This document shows, in pieces, positions 1 to 12,673 of a DNA stretch of 64,000 nt (position 1 is its first letter; each line of letters opens with the position of its first letter). Made by a program: the position numbers and the translations under genes. Source of the stretch: Eledone cirrhosa (taxonomy: Eukaryota); assembly GCA_964016885.1 (NCBI GenBank), contig OZ024743.1, forward strand, positions 128,960,001-129,024,000. The letters are read 5' to 3'. A model generated the notes under the pieces. The model was not told the origin of the DNA and did no database searches. It was given only the letters and a program-made list of their open reading frames with translations.

Positions 1-3000
1 ACCTAACAACAAGCACCAAACACCAAGCACCAAACACCAACCAGCAAACACCAAGCACCAAGCACCAAGCACCAAGCACCAAACACCAAACACCAAGCAC
101 CAAGCACCAATCACCTAACACCAAACACCAAACACCAAGCACCAAACACCAACCACCAAACACCAAGCACCAAGCACCAAGCACCAAGCACCAAACACCA
201 AGCACCAAACACCAAGCACCAAACACCTAACACCAAGCACCAAGCACCAAGTACCAAGCACCAAACACCAAGCACCAAACACCAAACACCAAGCACCAAA
301 CAGCAAACATCAAGCACCAAGCACCGAAAAAATAACACCAAGCACCAAACACCAACCACCAAACACCAAGCACCAAGGACCAAGCACCAAGCACCAAACA
401 CCAAACACCAAGCCCCAAACACCAAGCACCAAGCACCAAGCACCAAGTACAAACACCAAGCACCAAGCACCAAACACCAAGCACCAAGCATCAAACACCA
501 AACACCAAACACCAAGCACCAAGCACCAAGCACCAAGCATATAACACCAAACACCAAGCACCAAACACCAAGCAGCAATCACCAAGCACCAAACACCAAG
601 CAGCCAGCAGCAAGCACCAAACACCAAACACCAAGCACCAAGCACCAAAAACCAGACACCAAGCACCAAGCACCAAACACCTAACACCAAGCACCAAGTA
701 CCAAGCACCAAACACCAAGCACCAAACACCAAACACCAAGCACCAAGCACCAAACACCAAGCACCAAACACCAAGCACCAAGCACCAAACACCAAGCACC
801 AAGCACCAAACACCAAGCACCAAGCACCAAGCATCAAACACCAAACACCAAGCACCAAACACCAAGCACCAATCACCATGCATCAAACCCCAAGCAGCCA
901 GCAGCAAGCACCAAAAACCAAACACCAAGCACCAAGCACCAAACACCAAGCACCAAGCACCAAACACCAAGCACCAAGCACCAAGCACCAAACACCAAGC
1001 ACCAAAGACCAAGCATCAAGCACCAAACACCAAGCACCCAGCACCAAACACCAAGCACCCAGCACCAAACACCAAGCACCCAGCACCAAACACCAAGCAC
1101 CAAACACCAACCACCCAGCACCAAGCACCAAAGACCAAGCACCAAACACCAAACACCAAACACCAAACACCAAGCACCAAGCACCAAGCACCAAACACCA
1201 AACACCAAACACCAAGCACCAAACACCAAACACCAAGCACCAGACACCAAGCACCAAACACCAAACACCAAACACCAAGCACGAAGCACCAAACACCAAA
1301 CACCAAACACCAAGCACCAAACACCAAACACCAAGCACCAAACACCAAACACCAAGCACCAGACACCAAGCACCAAACACCAAACACCAAGCACCAAACA
1401 CCAAACACCAAGCACCAAGCACCAAACACCAAACACCAAGCACCAAGCACCAAACACCAAGCACCAAAGACCAAACAGCAAACAGCAAACACCAAACACC
1501 ATACAGCAAACACTAAACACCAAAAAGCAGACACCAAACAGCAAACACCAAACACCAAACACCAAACACCAAACAGCAAACACCAAACACCAAGCACCAA
1601 ACACCAAGGACCAAGCACCAAACACCTAACACCAAGCACCAAGCACCAAGCACCAAACACCAAGCACCAAACACCAAACATCAAGCACCAAGCACCAAGT
1701 ACCAAACACCAAGAACCAAGAACCAAACACCAAGCACCAAGCACCAAGTACAAACACCAAGCACCAAGCACCAAGCACCAAACACCAAGAACCAAGCACC
1801 AAACACAAAACACCAAGCACCAAGCACCAAGCATCAAACACCAAGCAGCAAACACCAAACACCAAGCACCAAGCACCAAACACAAAGCACCCAGCACCAA
1901 ACACCAAGCACCAAGCACCAAGCACCAAAAACCAAACACCAAACACAAAACACCAAGCACCAAGCACCAAACACCAAACTCCAAGCACCAAGCACCAAGC
2001 ACCAAACACCAAACACCAAGCACCAAGCACCAAGCACCAAGCACCAAACACCAAGCACCAAGCACCAAACACCAAACGCCAAACACCAAACACCAAGAAC
2101 CAAGAACCAAACACCAATCACCAAACACCAAGTACAAACACCAAGCACCAAGCACCAAGCACCAAACACCAAGCACCAAGCACCAAACACAAAACACCAA
2201 GCACCAAGCACCAAGCATCAAACACCAAGCAGCAAACACCAAACACCAAGCACCAGGCACCAAGCACCAAACACAAAGCACCCTGCACCAAACACCAAGG
2301 ACCAAGCACCAAGCACCAATCACCAAAAACCAAACACGAAACACGAAACACCAAGCACCAAGCACCAAACACCAAAATCGAAGCACCAAGCACCAAACAC
2401 CAAACACCAAGCACCAAGCACCAAGCACCAGGCACCAAACACCAAGCACCAAGCACCAAACACCAAGCACCAAACACCAAGCACCAAACACCAAACACCA
2501 AAAAGCAAACACCAAACACCAAACAGCAAACACCAAACAACAAACACCAAACAACAAACACCAAACAGCAAACAGCAAACACCAAACACCAAGCACCAAG
2601 CACCAAACACCAAACACCAAACACCAAGCACCAGGCACCAAACACCAAGCACCAAGCACCAAACACCAAACACTAAGCACCAAGCACCAAACACTAAGCA
2701 CCAAGCACCAAACACCAAGCACCAAGCACCAAACACCAAGCACCAAGCACCAAGCACCAAACACCAAACACCAAGCACCAAAGACCAAGCACCAAGCACC
2801 AAACACGAAACACGAAACACCAAGCACCAAACACCAAACTCCAAGCACCAAACACCAAACACCAAGCACCAAGCACCAAGCACCAGGCACCAAACACCAA
2901 GCACCAAGCACCAAACACCAAGCAACAAGCACCAAACACCAAACACCAAACACCAAACAGCAAACAACATACAGCAAACACCAAACACCAAAAAGCAAAC

Positions 3001-4092
3001 ACCAAACACCAAACAGCAAACACCAAACAACAAACACCAAACAACAAACACCAAACAGCAAACAGCAAACACCAAACACCAAGCACCAAGCACCAAACAG
3101 TAAGCACCAAACACCAAGCACCAAGCACCAAACACCAAACACTAAGCACCAAGCACCAAACACTAAGCACCAAGCACCAAACACCAAGCACCAAGCACCA
3201 AACACCAAGCACCAAGCACCAAGCACCAAACACCAAACACCAAGCACCAAAGACCAAGTACCAAACACCAAACACCAAGCACCAAGCACCAAAAACCAAG
3301 CACCAAGCACCAAGCACCAAACACCTAACACCAAGCACCAAGCACCAAGTACCAATCACCAAACACCAAGCACCAAACACCAAGCACCAAACACCAAGCA
3401 CCAAACACCAAACACCAAGCACCAAACACCTAACACCAAACACCAAGCACCAAACACCAAGCACCAAACACCAAACACCAAGCACCAAGCACCAAACACC
3501 TAACACCAAGCACCAAACACCAAGCACCAAGCACCAAGCACCAAGCGCCAAACACCAAGCACCAAACACCAAGCACCAAGCACCAAGCACCAAACACTAA
3601 GCACCAAGCACCAAACACCAAGCACCAAGCACCAAGCACCAAACACCAATCACCAAGCACCAAAGACCAAGCACCAAGCACCAAACACCAAGTACCCAGC
3701 ACCAAACACCAAGCACTAAACACCAACCACCCAGCACCAAGCACCAAACACCAAGCACCAAGCACCAAACACCAAACACCAAGCACCAAGCACCAAGCAC
3801 CAAACACCAAGCACCTAGCACCAAACACCAAACACCAAGCACAAAACACCAAGCACCAATCACCAAGCATCAAACACCAAGCAGCCAGCAGCAAGCACCA
3901 AACACCAAACACCAAGCACCAAGCACCAAAAACCAAACACGAAGCACCAAGCACCAAACACCTAACACCAAGCACCAAGCACCAAGTACCAAGCACCAAA
4001 CACCAAGCACCAAACACCAAGCACCAAACACCAAACACCTAACACTAAGCACCAAACACCAAGCACCAAACACCAACCACCAAACACCAAAC
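1..4092 (+). repeat. 4092-bp HOR, copy 1 (585 monomers: 582 x 7 bp + 3 x 6 bp)
   Basis: Rare marker CACCGAAAAAATAAC at ~322 recurs at ~4414. ORF offsets 227/4319, 310/4402, 491/4583 and 878/4970 all equal 4092. 6-bp TACAAA monomers at 448, 1749, 2133. Confidence 0.95.
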
Positions 4093-7000
4093 ACCTAACA
4101 ACAAGCACCAAACACCAAGCACCAAACACCAACCAGCAAACACCAAGCACCAAGCACCAAGCACCAAGCACCAAACACCAAACACCAAGCACCAAGCACC
4201 AATCACCTAACACCAAACACCAAACACCAAGCACCAAACACCAACCACCAAACACCAAGCACCAAGCACCAAGCACCAAGCACCAAACACCAAGCACCAA
4301 ACACCAAGCATCAAACACCTAACACCAAGCACCAAGCACCAAGTACCAAGCACCAAACACCAAGCACCAAACACCAAACACCAAGCACCAAACAGCAAAC
4401 ATCAAGCACCAAGCACCGAAAAAATAACACCAAGCACCAAACACCAACCACCAAACACCAAGCACCAAGGACCAAGCACCAAGCACCAAACACCAAACAC
4501 CAAGCCCCAAACACCAAGCACCAAGCACCAAGCACCAAGTACAAACACCAAGCACCAAGCACCAAACACCAAGCACCAAGCATCAAACACCAAACACCAA
4601 ACACCAAGCACCAAGCACCAAGCACCAAGCATATAACACCAAACACCAAGCACCAAACACCAAGCAGCAATCACCAAGCACCAAACACCAAGCAGCCAGC
4701 AGCAAGCACCAAACACCAAACACCAAGCACCAAGCACCAAAAACCAGACACCAAGCACCAAGCACCAAACACCTAACACCAAGCACCAAGTACCAAGCAC
4801 CAAACACCAAGCACCAAACACCAAACACCAAGCACCAAGCACCAAACACCAAGCACCAAACACCAAGCACCAAGCACCAAACACCAAGCACCAAGCACCA
4901 AACACCAAGCACCAAGCACCAAGCATCAAACACCAAACACCAAGCACCAAACACCAAGCACCAATCACCATGCATCAAACCCCAAGCAGCCAGCAGCAAG
5001 CACCAAAAACCAAACACCAAGCACCAAGCACCAAACACCAAGCACCAAGCACCAAACACCAAGCACCAAGCACCAAGCACCAAACACCAAGCACCAAAGA
5101 CCAAGCATCAAGCACCAAACACCAAGCACCCAGCACCAAACACCAAGCACCCAGCACCAAACACCAAGCACCCAGCACCAAACACCAAGCACCAAACACC
5201 AACCACCCAGCACCAAACACCAAACACCAAACACCAAACACCAAACAACATACAGCAAACACCAAACACCAAAAAGCAGACACGAAACAGCAAACACCAA
5301 ACACCAAACAGCAAACACCAAACAACAAACACCAAACAACAAACACCAAACAGCAAACAGCAAATACCTAACACCAAGAACCTAGCACCAAACACTAAGC
5401 ACCAAGCACTAAACACCAAGCACCAAGCACCAAACACCAAGCACCAAGCACCAAGCACCAAACACCAAACACCACCCCCAAAGACCAAGCACCAAGCACC
5501 AAACACCAAGCACCAAACACCAACCACCCAGCACCAAGCACCAAACACCAAGCACCAAGCACCAAACACCAAGCACCAAGCACCAAACACCAAGCACCAA
5601 GCACCTAGCACCAAACACCAAGCACCAATCACCAAGCACCAAATACCAAGCAGCCAGCAGCAAGCACCAAACACCAAACACCAAGCACCAAGCACCAAAA
5701 ACCAAACACCAAGCACCAAGCACCAAACACCTAACACCAAGCACCAAGTACCAAATACCAAGCACCAAACACCAAGCACCAAACACCAAACACCAAGCAC
5801 CAAACACCAAACACCAAACACCAAGCACCAAACACCAAACACCAAGCACCAAGCACCAAACACCTAACACCAAGCACCTAGCACCAAACACCAAACACCA
5901 AGCACCAAAAACCAAGCACCAATCACCAAGTATCAAACACCAAGCAGCCAGCAGCAAGCACCAAACACCAAACACCAAGCACCAAGCACCAAAAACCAAA
6001 CACCAAGCACCAAGTACCAAACACCAAGAACCAAGAACCAAACACCAAGCACCAAGCACCAAGTACAAACACCAAGCACCAAGCACCAAACACCAAGCAC
6101 CAAGCACCAAACACAAAACACCAAGCACCAAGCACCAAGCATCAAACACCAAGCAGCAAACACCAAACACCAAGCACCAAACACAAAGCACCCAGCACCA
6201 AACACCAAGGACCAAGCACCAAGCACCAAGCACCAAAAACCAAACACCTAACACCAAGCACCAAGCACCAAGTACCAAGCACCAAACACCAAGCACCAAA
6301 CACCAAACACCAAGCACCAAGCACCAAACACCAAGCACCAAACACCAAACACCAAGCATCAAACACCTAACACCAAACACCAAGCACCAAACACCAAGCA
6401 CCAAACACCAAGCACCAAGCACCAAACACCTAACACCAAGCACCAAACACCAAGCACCAAACACCAAGCACCAAGCACCAAGCACCAAGCACCAAGCACC
6501 AAACACCAAGCACCAAACACCAAGCACCAAACACCAAGCACCAAGCACCAAACACCAAGCACCAAGCACCAAACACCAAGAACCGAGCACCAAGCACCAA
6601 GTACAAACACCAAGCACCAAGCACCAAACACCAAGCACCAAGCACCAAGCATCGAACACCAAGCACCAAACACCAAGCACCAAGCACCAAGCATCAAACA
6701 GCAAGCATATAACACCAAACACCAAACACCAAAAAGTAGACACGAAACAGCAAACAGCAAACACCAAACACCAAACAGCAAACAGCAAACACCAAGCACC
6801 AAGCACCAAACACCTAACACCAAACACCAAACACCAAGCACCAAACACCAAGCACCAAGCACCAAGCACCAAACACCAAGCACGAAACACCAAGCACCAA
6901 ACACCAAGCACCAAGCACCAAACACCAAGCACCAAGCACCAAACACCAAGAACCAAGCACCAAGCACCAAGTACAAACACCAAGCACCAAATACCAAGCA

Positions 7001-8581
7001 GCAATCACCAAGCACCAAACACCAAGCAGCCAGCAGCAAGCACCAAACACCAAACACCAAGCACCAAGCACCAAAAACCAGACACCAGACACCAAGCACC
7101 AAGCACCAAACACCTAACACCAAGCACCAAGCACCAAGTACCAAGCACCAAACACCAAGCACCAAACACCAAACACCAAACACCAAACAGCAAACAACAT
7201 ACAGCAAACACCAAACACCAAAAAGCAAACACCAAACACCAAACAGCAAACACCAAACAACAAACACCAAACAACAAACACCAAACAACAAACACCAAAC
7301 ACCAAGCACCAAGCACCAAACACCAAACACCAAACACCAAGCACCAGGCACCAAACACCAAGCACCAAGCACCAAACACCAAGCACCTAGCACCAAACAC
7401 TAAGCACTAAGCACCAAACACTAAGCACCAAGCACCAAACACCAAGCACCAAGCACCAAGCACCAAACACCAAGCACCAAGCACCAAGCACCAAACACCA
7501 AACACCAAGCACCAAAGACCAAGCACCAAGCACCAAACACCAAGCACCCAGCACTAAACACCAAGCACTAAACACCAACCACCCAGCACCAAGCACCAAA
7601 CACCAAGCGCCAAGCACCAAACACCAAACACCAAGCACCAAGCACCAAGCACCAAACACCAAGCACCTAGCACCAAACACCAAACACCAAGCCCAAAACA
7701 CCAAGCACCAATCACCAAGCATCAAACACCAAGCAGCCAGCAGCAAGCACCAAACACCAAACACCAAGCACCAAGCACCAAAAACCAAGCACCAAGCACC
7801 AAGCACCAAACACCTAACACCAAGCACCAAGCACCAAGTACCAATCACCAAACACCAAGCACCAAACACCAAGCACCAAACACCAAGCACCAAACACCAA
7901 ACACCAAGCACCAAACACCTAACACCAAACACCAAGCACCAAACACCAAGCACCAAACACCAAACACCAAGCACCAAGCACCAAACACCTAACACCAAGC
8001 ACCAAACACCAAGCACCAAGCACCAAGCACCAAGCGCCAAACACCAAGCACCAAACACCAAGCACCAAGCACCAAGCACCAAACACTAAGCACCAAGCAC
8101 CAAACACCAAGCACCAAGCACCAAGCACCAAACACCAATCACCAAGCACCAAAGACCAAGCACCAAGCACCAAACACCAAGTACCCAGCACCAAACACCA
8201 AGCACTAAACACCAACCACCCAGCACCAAGCACCAAACACCAAGCACCAAGCACCAAACACCAAACACCAAGCACCAAGCACCAAGCACCAAACACCAAG
8301 CACCTAGCACCAAACACCAAACACCAAGCACAAAACACCAAGCACCAATCACCAAGCATCAAACACCAAGCAGCCAGCAGCAAGCACCAAACACCAAACA
8401 CCAAGCACCAAGCACCAAAAACCAAACACGAAGCACCAAGCACCAAACACCTAACACCAAGCACCAAGCACCAAGTACCAAGCACCAAACATCAAGCACC
8501 AAACACCAAGCACCAAACACCAAACACCTAACACTAAGCACCAAACACCAAGCACCAAACACCAACCACCAAACACCAAAC
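4093..8581 (+). repeat. 4489-bp variant HOR unit: shares both flanks with the 4092 unit, middle (~5217-7750) is a different monomer arrangement
   Basis: Matches copy 1 up to 5216 (offset 4092) and again from ~7750 (offsets 3593/8082, 3597/8086, 3870/8359 = 4489). 4489 plus five 6-bp monomers = 642 x 7. Confidence 0.9.
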
Positions 8582-11500
8582 ACCTAACAACAAGCACCAA
8601 ACACCAAGCACCAAACACCAACCAGCAAACACCAAGCACCAAGCACCAAGCACCAAGCACCAAACACCAAACACCAAGCACCAAGCACCAATCACCTAAC
8701 ACCAAACACCAAACACCAAGCACCAAACACCAACCACCAAACACCAAGCACCAAGCACCAAGCACCAAGCACCAAACACCAAGCACCAAACACCAAGCAC
8801 CAAACACCTAACACCAAGCACCAAGCACCAAGTACCAAGCACCAAACACCAAGCACCAAACACCAAACACCAAGCACCAAACAGCAAACATCAAGCACCA
8901 AGCACCGAAAAAATAACACCAAGCACCAAACACCAACCACCAAACACCAAGCACCAAGGACCAAGCACCAAGCACCAAACACCAAACACCAAGCCCCAAA
9001 CACCAAGCACCAAGCACCAAGCACCAAGTACAAACACCAAGCACCAAGCACCAAACACCAAGCACCAAGCATCAAACACCAAACACCAAACACCAAGCAC
9101 CAAGCACCAAGCACCAAGCATATAACACCAAACACCAAGCACCAAACACCAAGCAGCAATCACCAAGCACCAAACACCAAGCAGCCAGCAGCAAGCACCA
9201 AACACCAAACACCAAGCACCAAGCACCAAAAACCAGACACCAAGCACCAAGCACCAAACACCTAACACCAAGCACCAAGTACCAAGCACCAAACACCAAG
9301 CACCAAACACCAAACACCAAGCACCAAGCACCAAACACCAAGCACCAAACACCAAGCACCAAGCACCAAACACCAAGCACCAAGCACCAAACACCAAGCA
9401 CCAAGCACCAAGCATCAAACACCAAACACCAAGCACCAAACACCAAGCACCAATCACCATGCATCAAACCCCAAGCAGCCAGCAGCAAGCACCAAAAACC
9501 AAACACCAAGCACCAAGCACCAAACACCAAGCACCAAGCACCAAACACCAAGCACCAAGCACCAAGCACCAAACACCAAGCACCAAAGACCAAGCATCAA
9601 GCACCAAACACCAAGCACCCAGCACCAAACACCAAGCACCCAGCACCAAACACCAAGCACCCAGCACCAAACACCAAGCACCAAACACCAACCACCCAGC
9701 ACCAAGCACCAAAGACCAAGCACCAAACACCAAACACCAAACACCAAACACCAAGCACCAAGCACCAAGCACCAAACACCAAACACCAAACACCAAGCAC
9801 CAAACACCAAACACCAAGCACCAGACACCAAGCACCAAACACCAAACACCAAACACCAAGCACGAAGCACCAAACACCAAACACCAAACACCAAGCACCA
9901 AACACCAAACACCAAGCACCAAACACCAAACACCAAGCACCAGACACCAAGCACCAAACACCAAACACCAAGCACCAAACACCAAACACCAAGCACCAAG
10001 CACCAAACACCAAACACCAAGCACCAAGCACCAAACACCAAGCACCAAAGACCAAACACCAAACAGCAAACACCAAACACCATACAGCAAACACTAAACA
10101 CCAAAAAGCAGACACCAAACAGCAAACACCAAACACCAAACACCAAACACCAAACAGCAAACACCAAACACCAAGCACCAAACACCAAGGACCAAGCACC
10201 AAACACCTAACACCAAGCACCAAGCACCAAGCACCAAACACCAAGCACCAAACACCAAACATCAAGCACCAAGCACCAAGTACCAAACACCAAGAACCAA
10301 GAACCAAACACCAAGCACCAAGCACCAAGTACAAACACCAAGCACCAAGCACCAAGCACCAAACACCAAGAACCAAGCACCAAACACAAAACACCAAGCA
10401 CCAAGCACCAAGCATCAAACACCAAGCAGCAAACACCAAACACCAAGCACCAAGCACCAAACACAAAGCACCCAGCACCAAACACCAAGCACCAAGCACC
10501 AAGCACCAAAAACCAAACACCAAACACAAAACACCAAGCACCAAGCACCAAACACCAAACTCCAAGCACCAAGCACCAAGCACCAAACACCAAACACCAA
10601 GCACCAAGCACCAAGCACCAAGCACCAAACACCAAGCACCAAGCACCAAACACCAAACGCCAAACACCAAACACCAAGAACCAAGAACCAAACACCAATC
10701 ACCAAGCACCAAGTACAAACACCAAGCACCAAGCACCAAGCACCAAACACCAAGCACCAAGCACCAAACACAAAACACCAAGCACCAAGCACCAAGCATC
10801 AAACACCAAGCAGCAAACACCAAACACCAAGCACCAGGCACCAAGCACCAAACACAAAGCACCCTGCACCAAACACCAAGGACCAAGCACCAAGCACCAA
10901 TCACCAAAAACCAAACACGAAACACGAAACACCAAGCACCAAGCACCAAACACCAAAATCGAAGCACCAAGCACCAAACACCAAACACCAAGCACCAAGC
11001 ACCAAGCACCAGGCACCAAACACCAAGCACCAAGCACCAAACACCAAGCACCAAACACCAAGCACCAAACACCAAACACCAAAAAGCAAACACCAAACAC
11101 CAAACAGCAAACACCAAACAACAAACACCAAACAACAAACACCAAACAGCAAACAGCAAACACCAAACACCAAGCACCAAGCACCAAACACCAAACACCA
11201 AACACCAAGCACCAGGCACCAAACACCAAGCACCAAGCACCAAACACCAAACACTAAGCACCAAGCACCAAACACTAAGCACCAAGCACCAAACACCAAG
11301 CACCAAGCACCAAACACCAAGCACCAAGCACCAAGCACCAAACACCAAACACCAAGCACCAAAGACCAAGCACCAAGCACCAAACACGAAACACGAAACA
11401 CCAAGCACCAAACACCAAACTCCAAGCACCAAACACCAAACACCAAGCACCAAGCACCAAGCACCAGGCACCAAACACCAAGCACCAAGCACCAAACACC

Positions 11501-12673
11501 AAGCAACAAGCACCAAACACCAAACACCAAACACCAAACAGCAAACAACATACAGCAAACACCAAACACCAAAAAGCAAACACCAAACACCAAACAGCAA
11601 ACACCAAACAACAAACACCAAACAACAAACACCAAACAGCAAACAGCAAACACCAAACACCAAGCACCAAGCACCAAACAGTAAGCACCAAACACCAAGC
11701 ACCAAGCACCAAACACCAAACACTAAGCACCAAGCACCAAACACTAAGCACCAAGCACCAAACACCAAGCACCAAGCACCAAACACCAAGCACCAAGCAC
11801 CAAGCACCAAACACCAAACACCAAGCACCAAAGACCAAGTACCAAACACCAAACACCAAGCACCAAGCACCAAAAACCAAGCACCAAGCACCAAGCACCA
11901 AACACCTAACACCAAGCACCAAGCACCAAGTACCAATCACCAAACACCAAGCACCAAACACCAAGCACCAAACACCAAGCACCAAACACCAAACACCAAG
12001 CACCAAACACCTAACACCAAACACCAAGCACCAAACACCAAGCACCAAACACCAAACACCAAGCACCAAGCACCAAACACCTAACACCAAGCACCAAACA
12101 CCAAGCACCAAGCACCAAGCACCAAGCGCCAAACACCAAGCACCAAACACCAAGCACCAAGCACCAAGCACCAAACACTAAGCACCAAGCACCAAACACC
12201 AAGCACCAAGCACCAAGCACCAAACACCAATCACCAAGCACCAAAGACCAAGCACCAAGCACCAAACACCAAGTACCCAGCACCAAACACCAAGCACTAA
12301 ACACCAACCACCCAGCACCAAGCACCAAACACCAAGCACCAAGCACCAAACACCAAACACCAAGCACCAAGCACCAAGCACCAAACACCAAGCACCTAGC
12401 ACCAAACACCAAACACCAAGCACAAAACACCAAGCACCAATCACCAAGCATCAAACACCAAGCAGCCAGCAGCAAGCACCAAACACCAAACACCAAGCAC
12501 CAAGCACCAAAAACCAAACACGAAGCACCAAGCACCAAACACCTAACACCAAGCACCAAGCACCAAGTACCAAGCACCAAACACCAAGCACCAAACACCA
12601 AGCACCAAACACCAAACACCTAACACTAAGCACCAAACACCAAGCACCAAACACCAACCACCAAACACCAAAC
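8582..12673 (+). repeat. 4092-bp HOR, complete copy
   Basis: ORF set of 1-4092 repeats at offset 8581 (111/8692, 878/9459, 1016/9597, 2694/11275). Confidence 0.95.
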
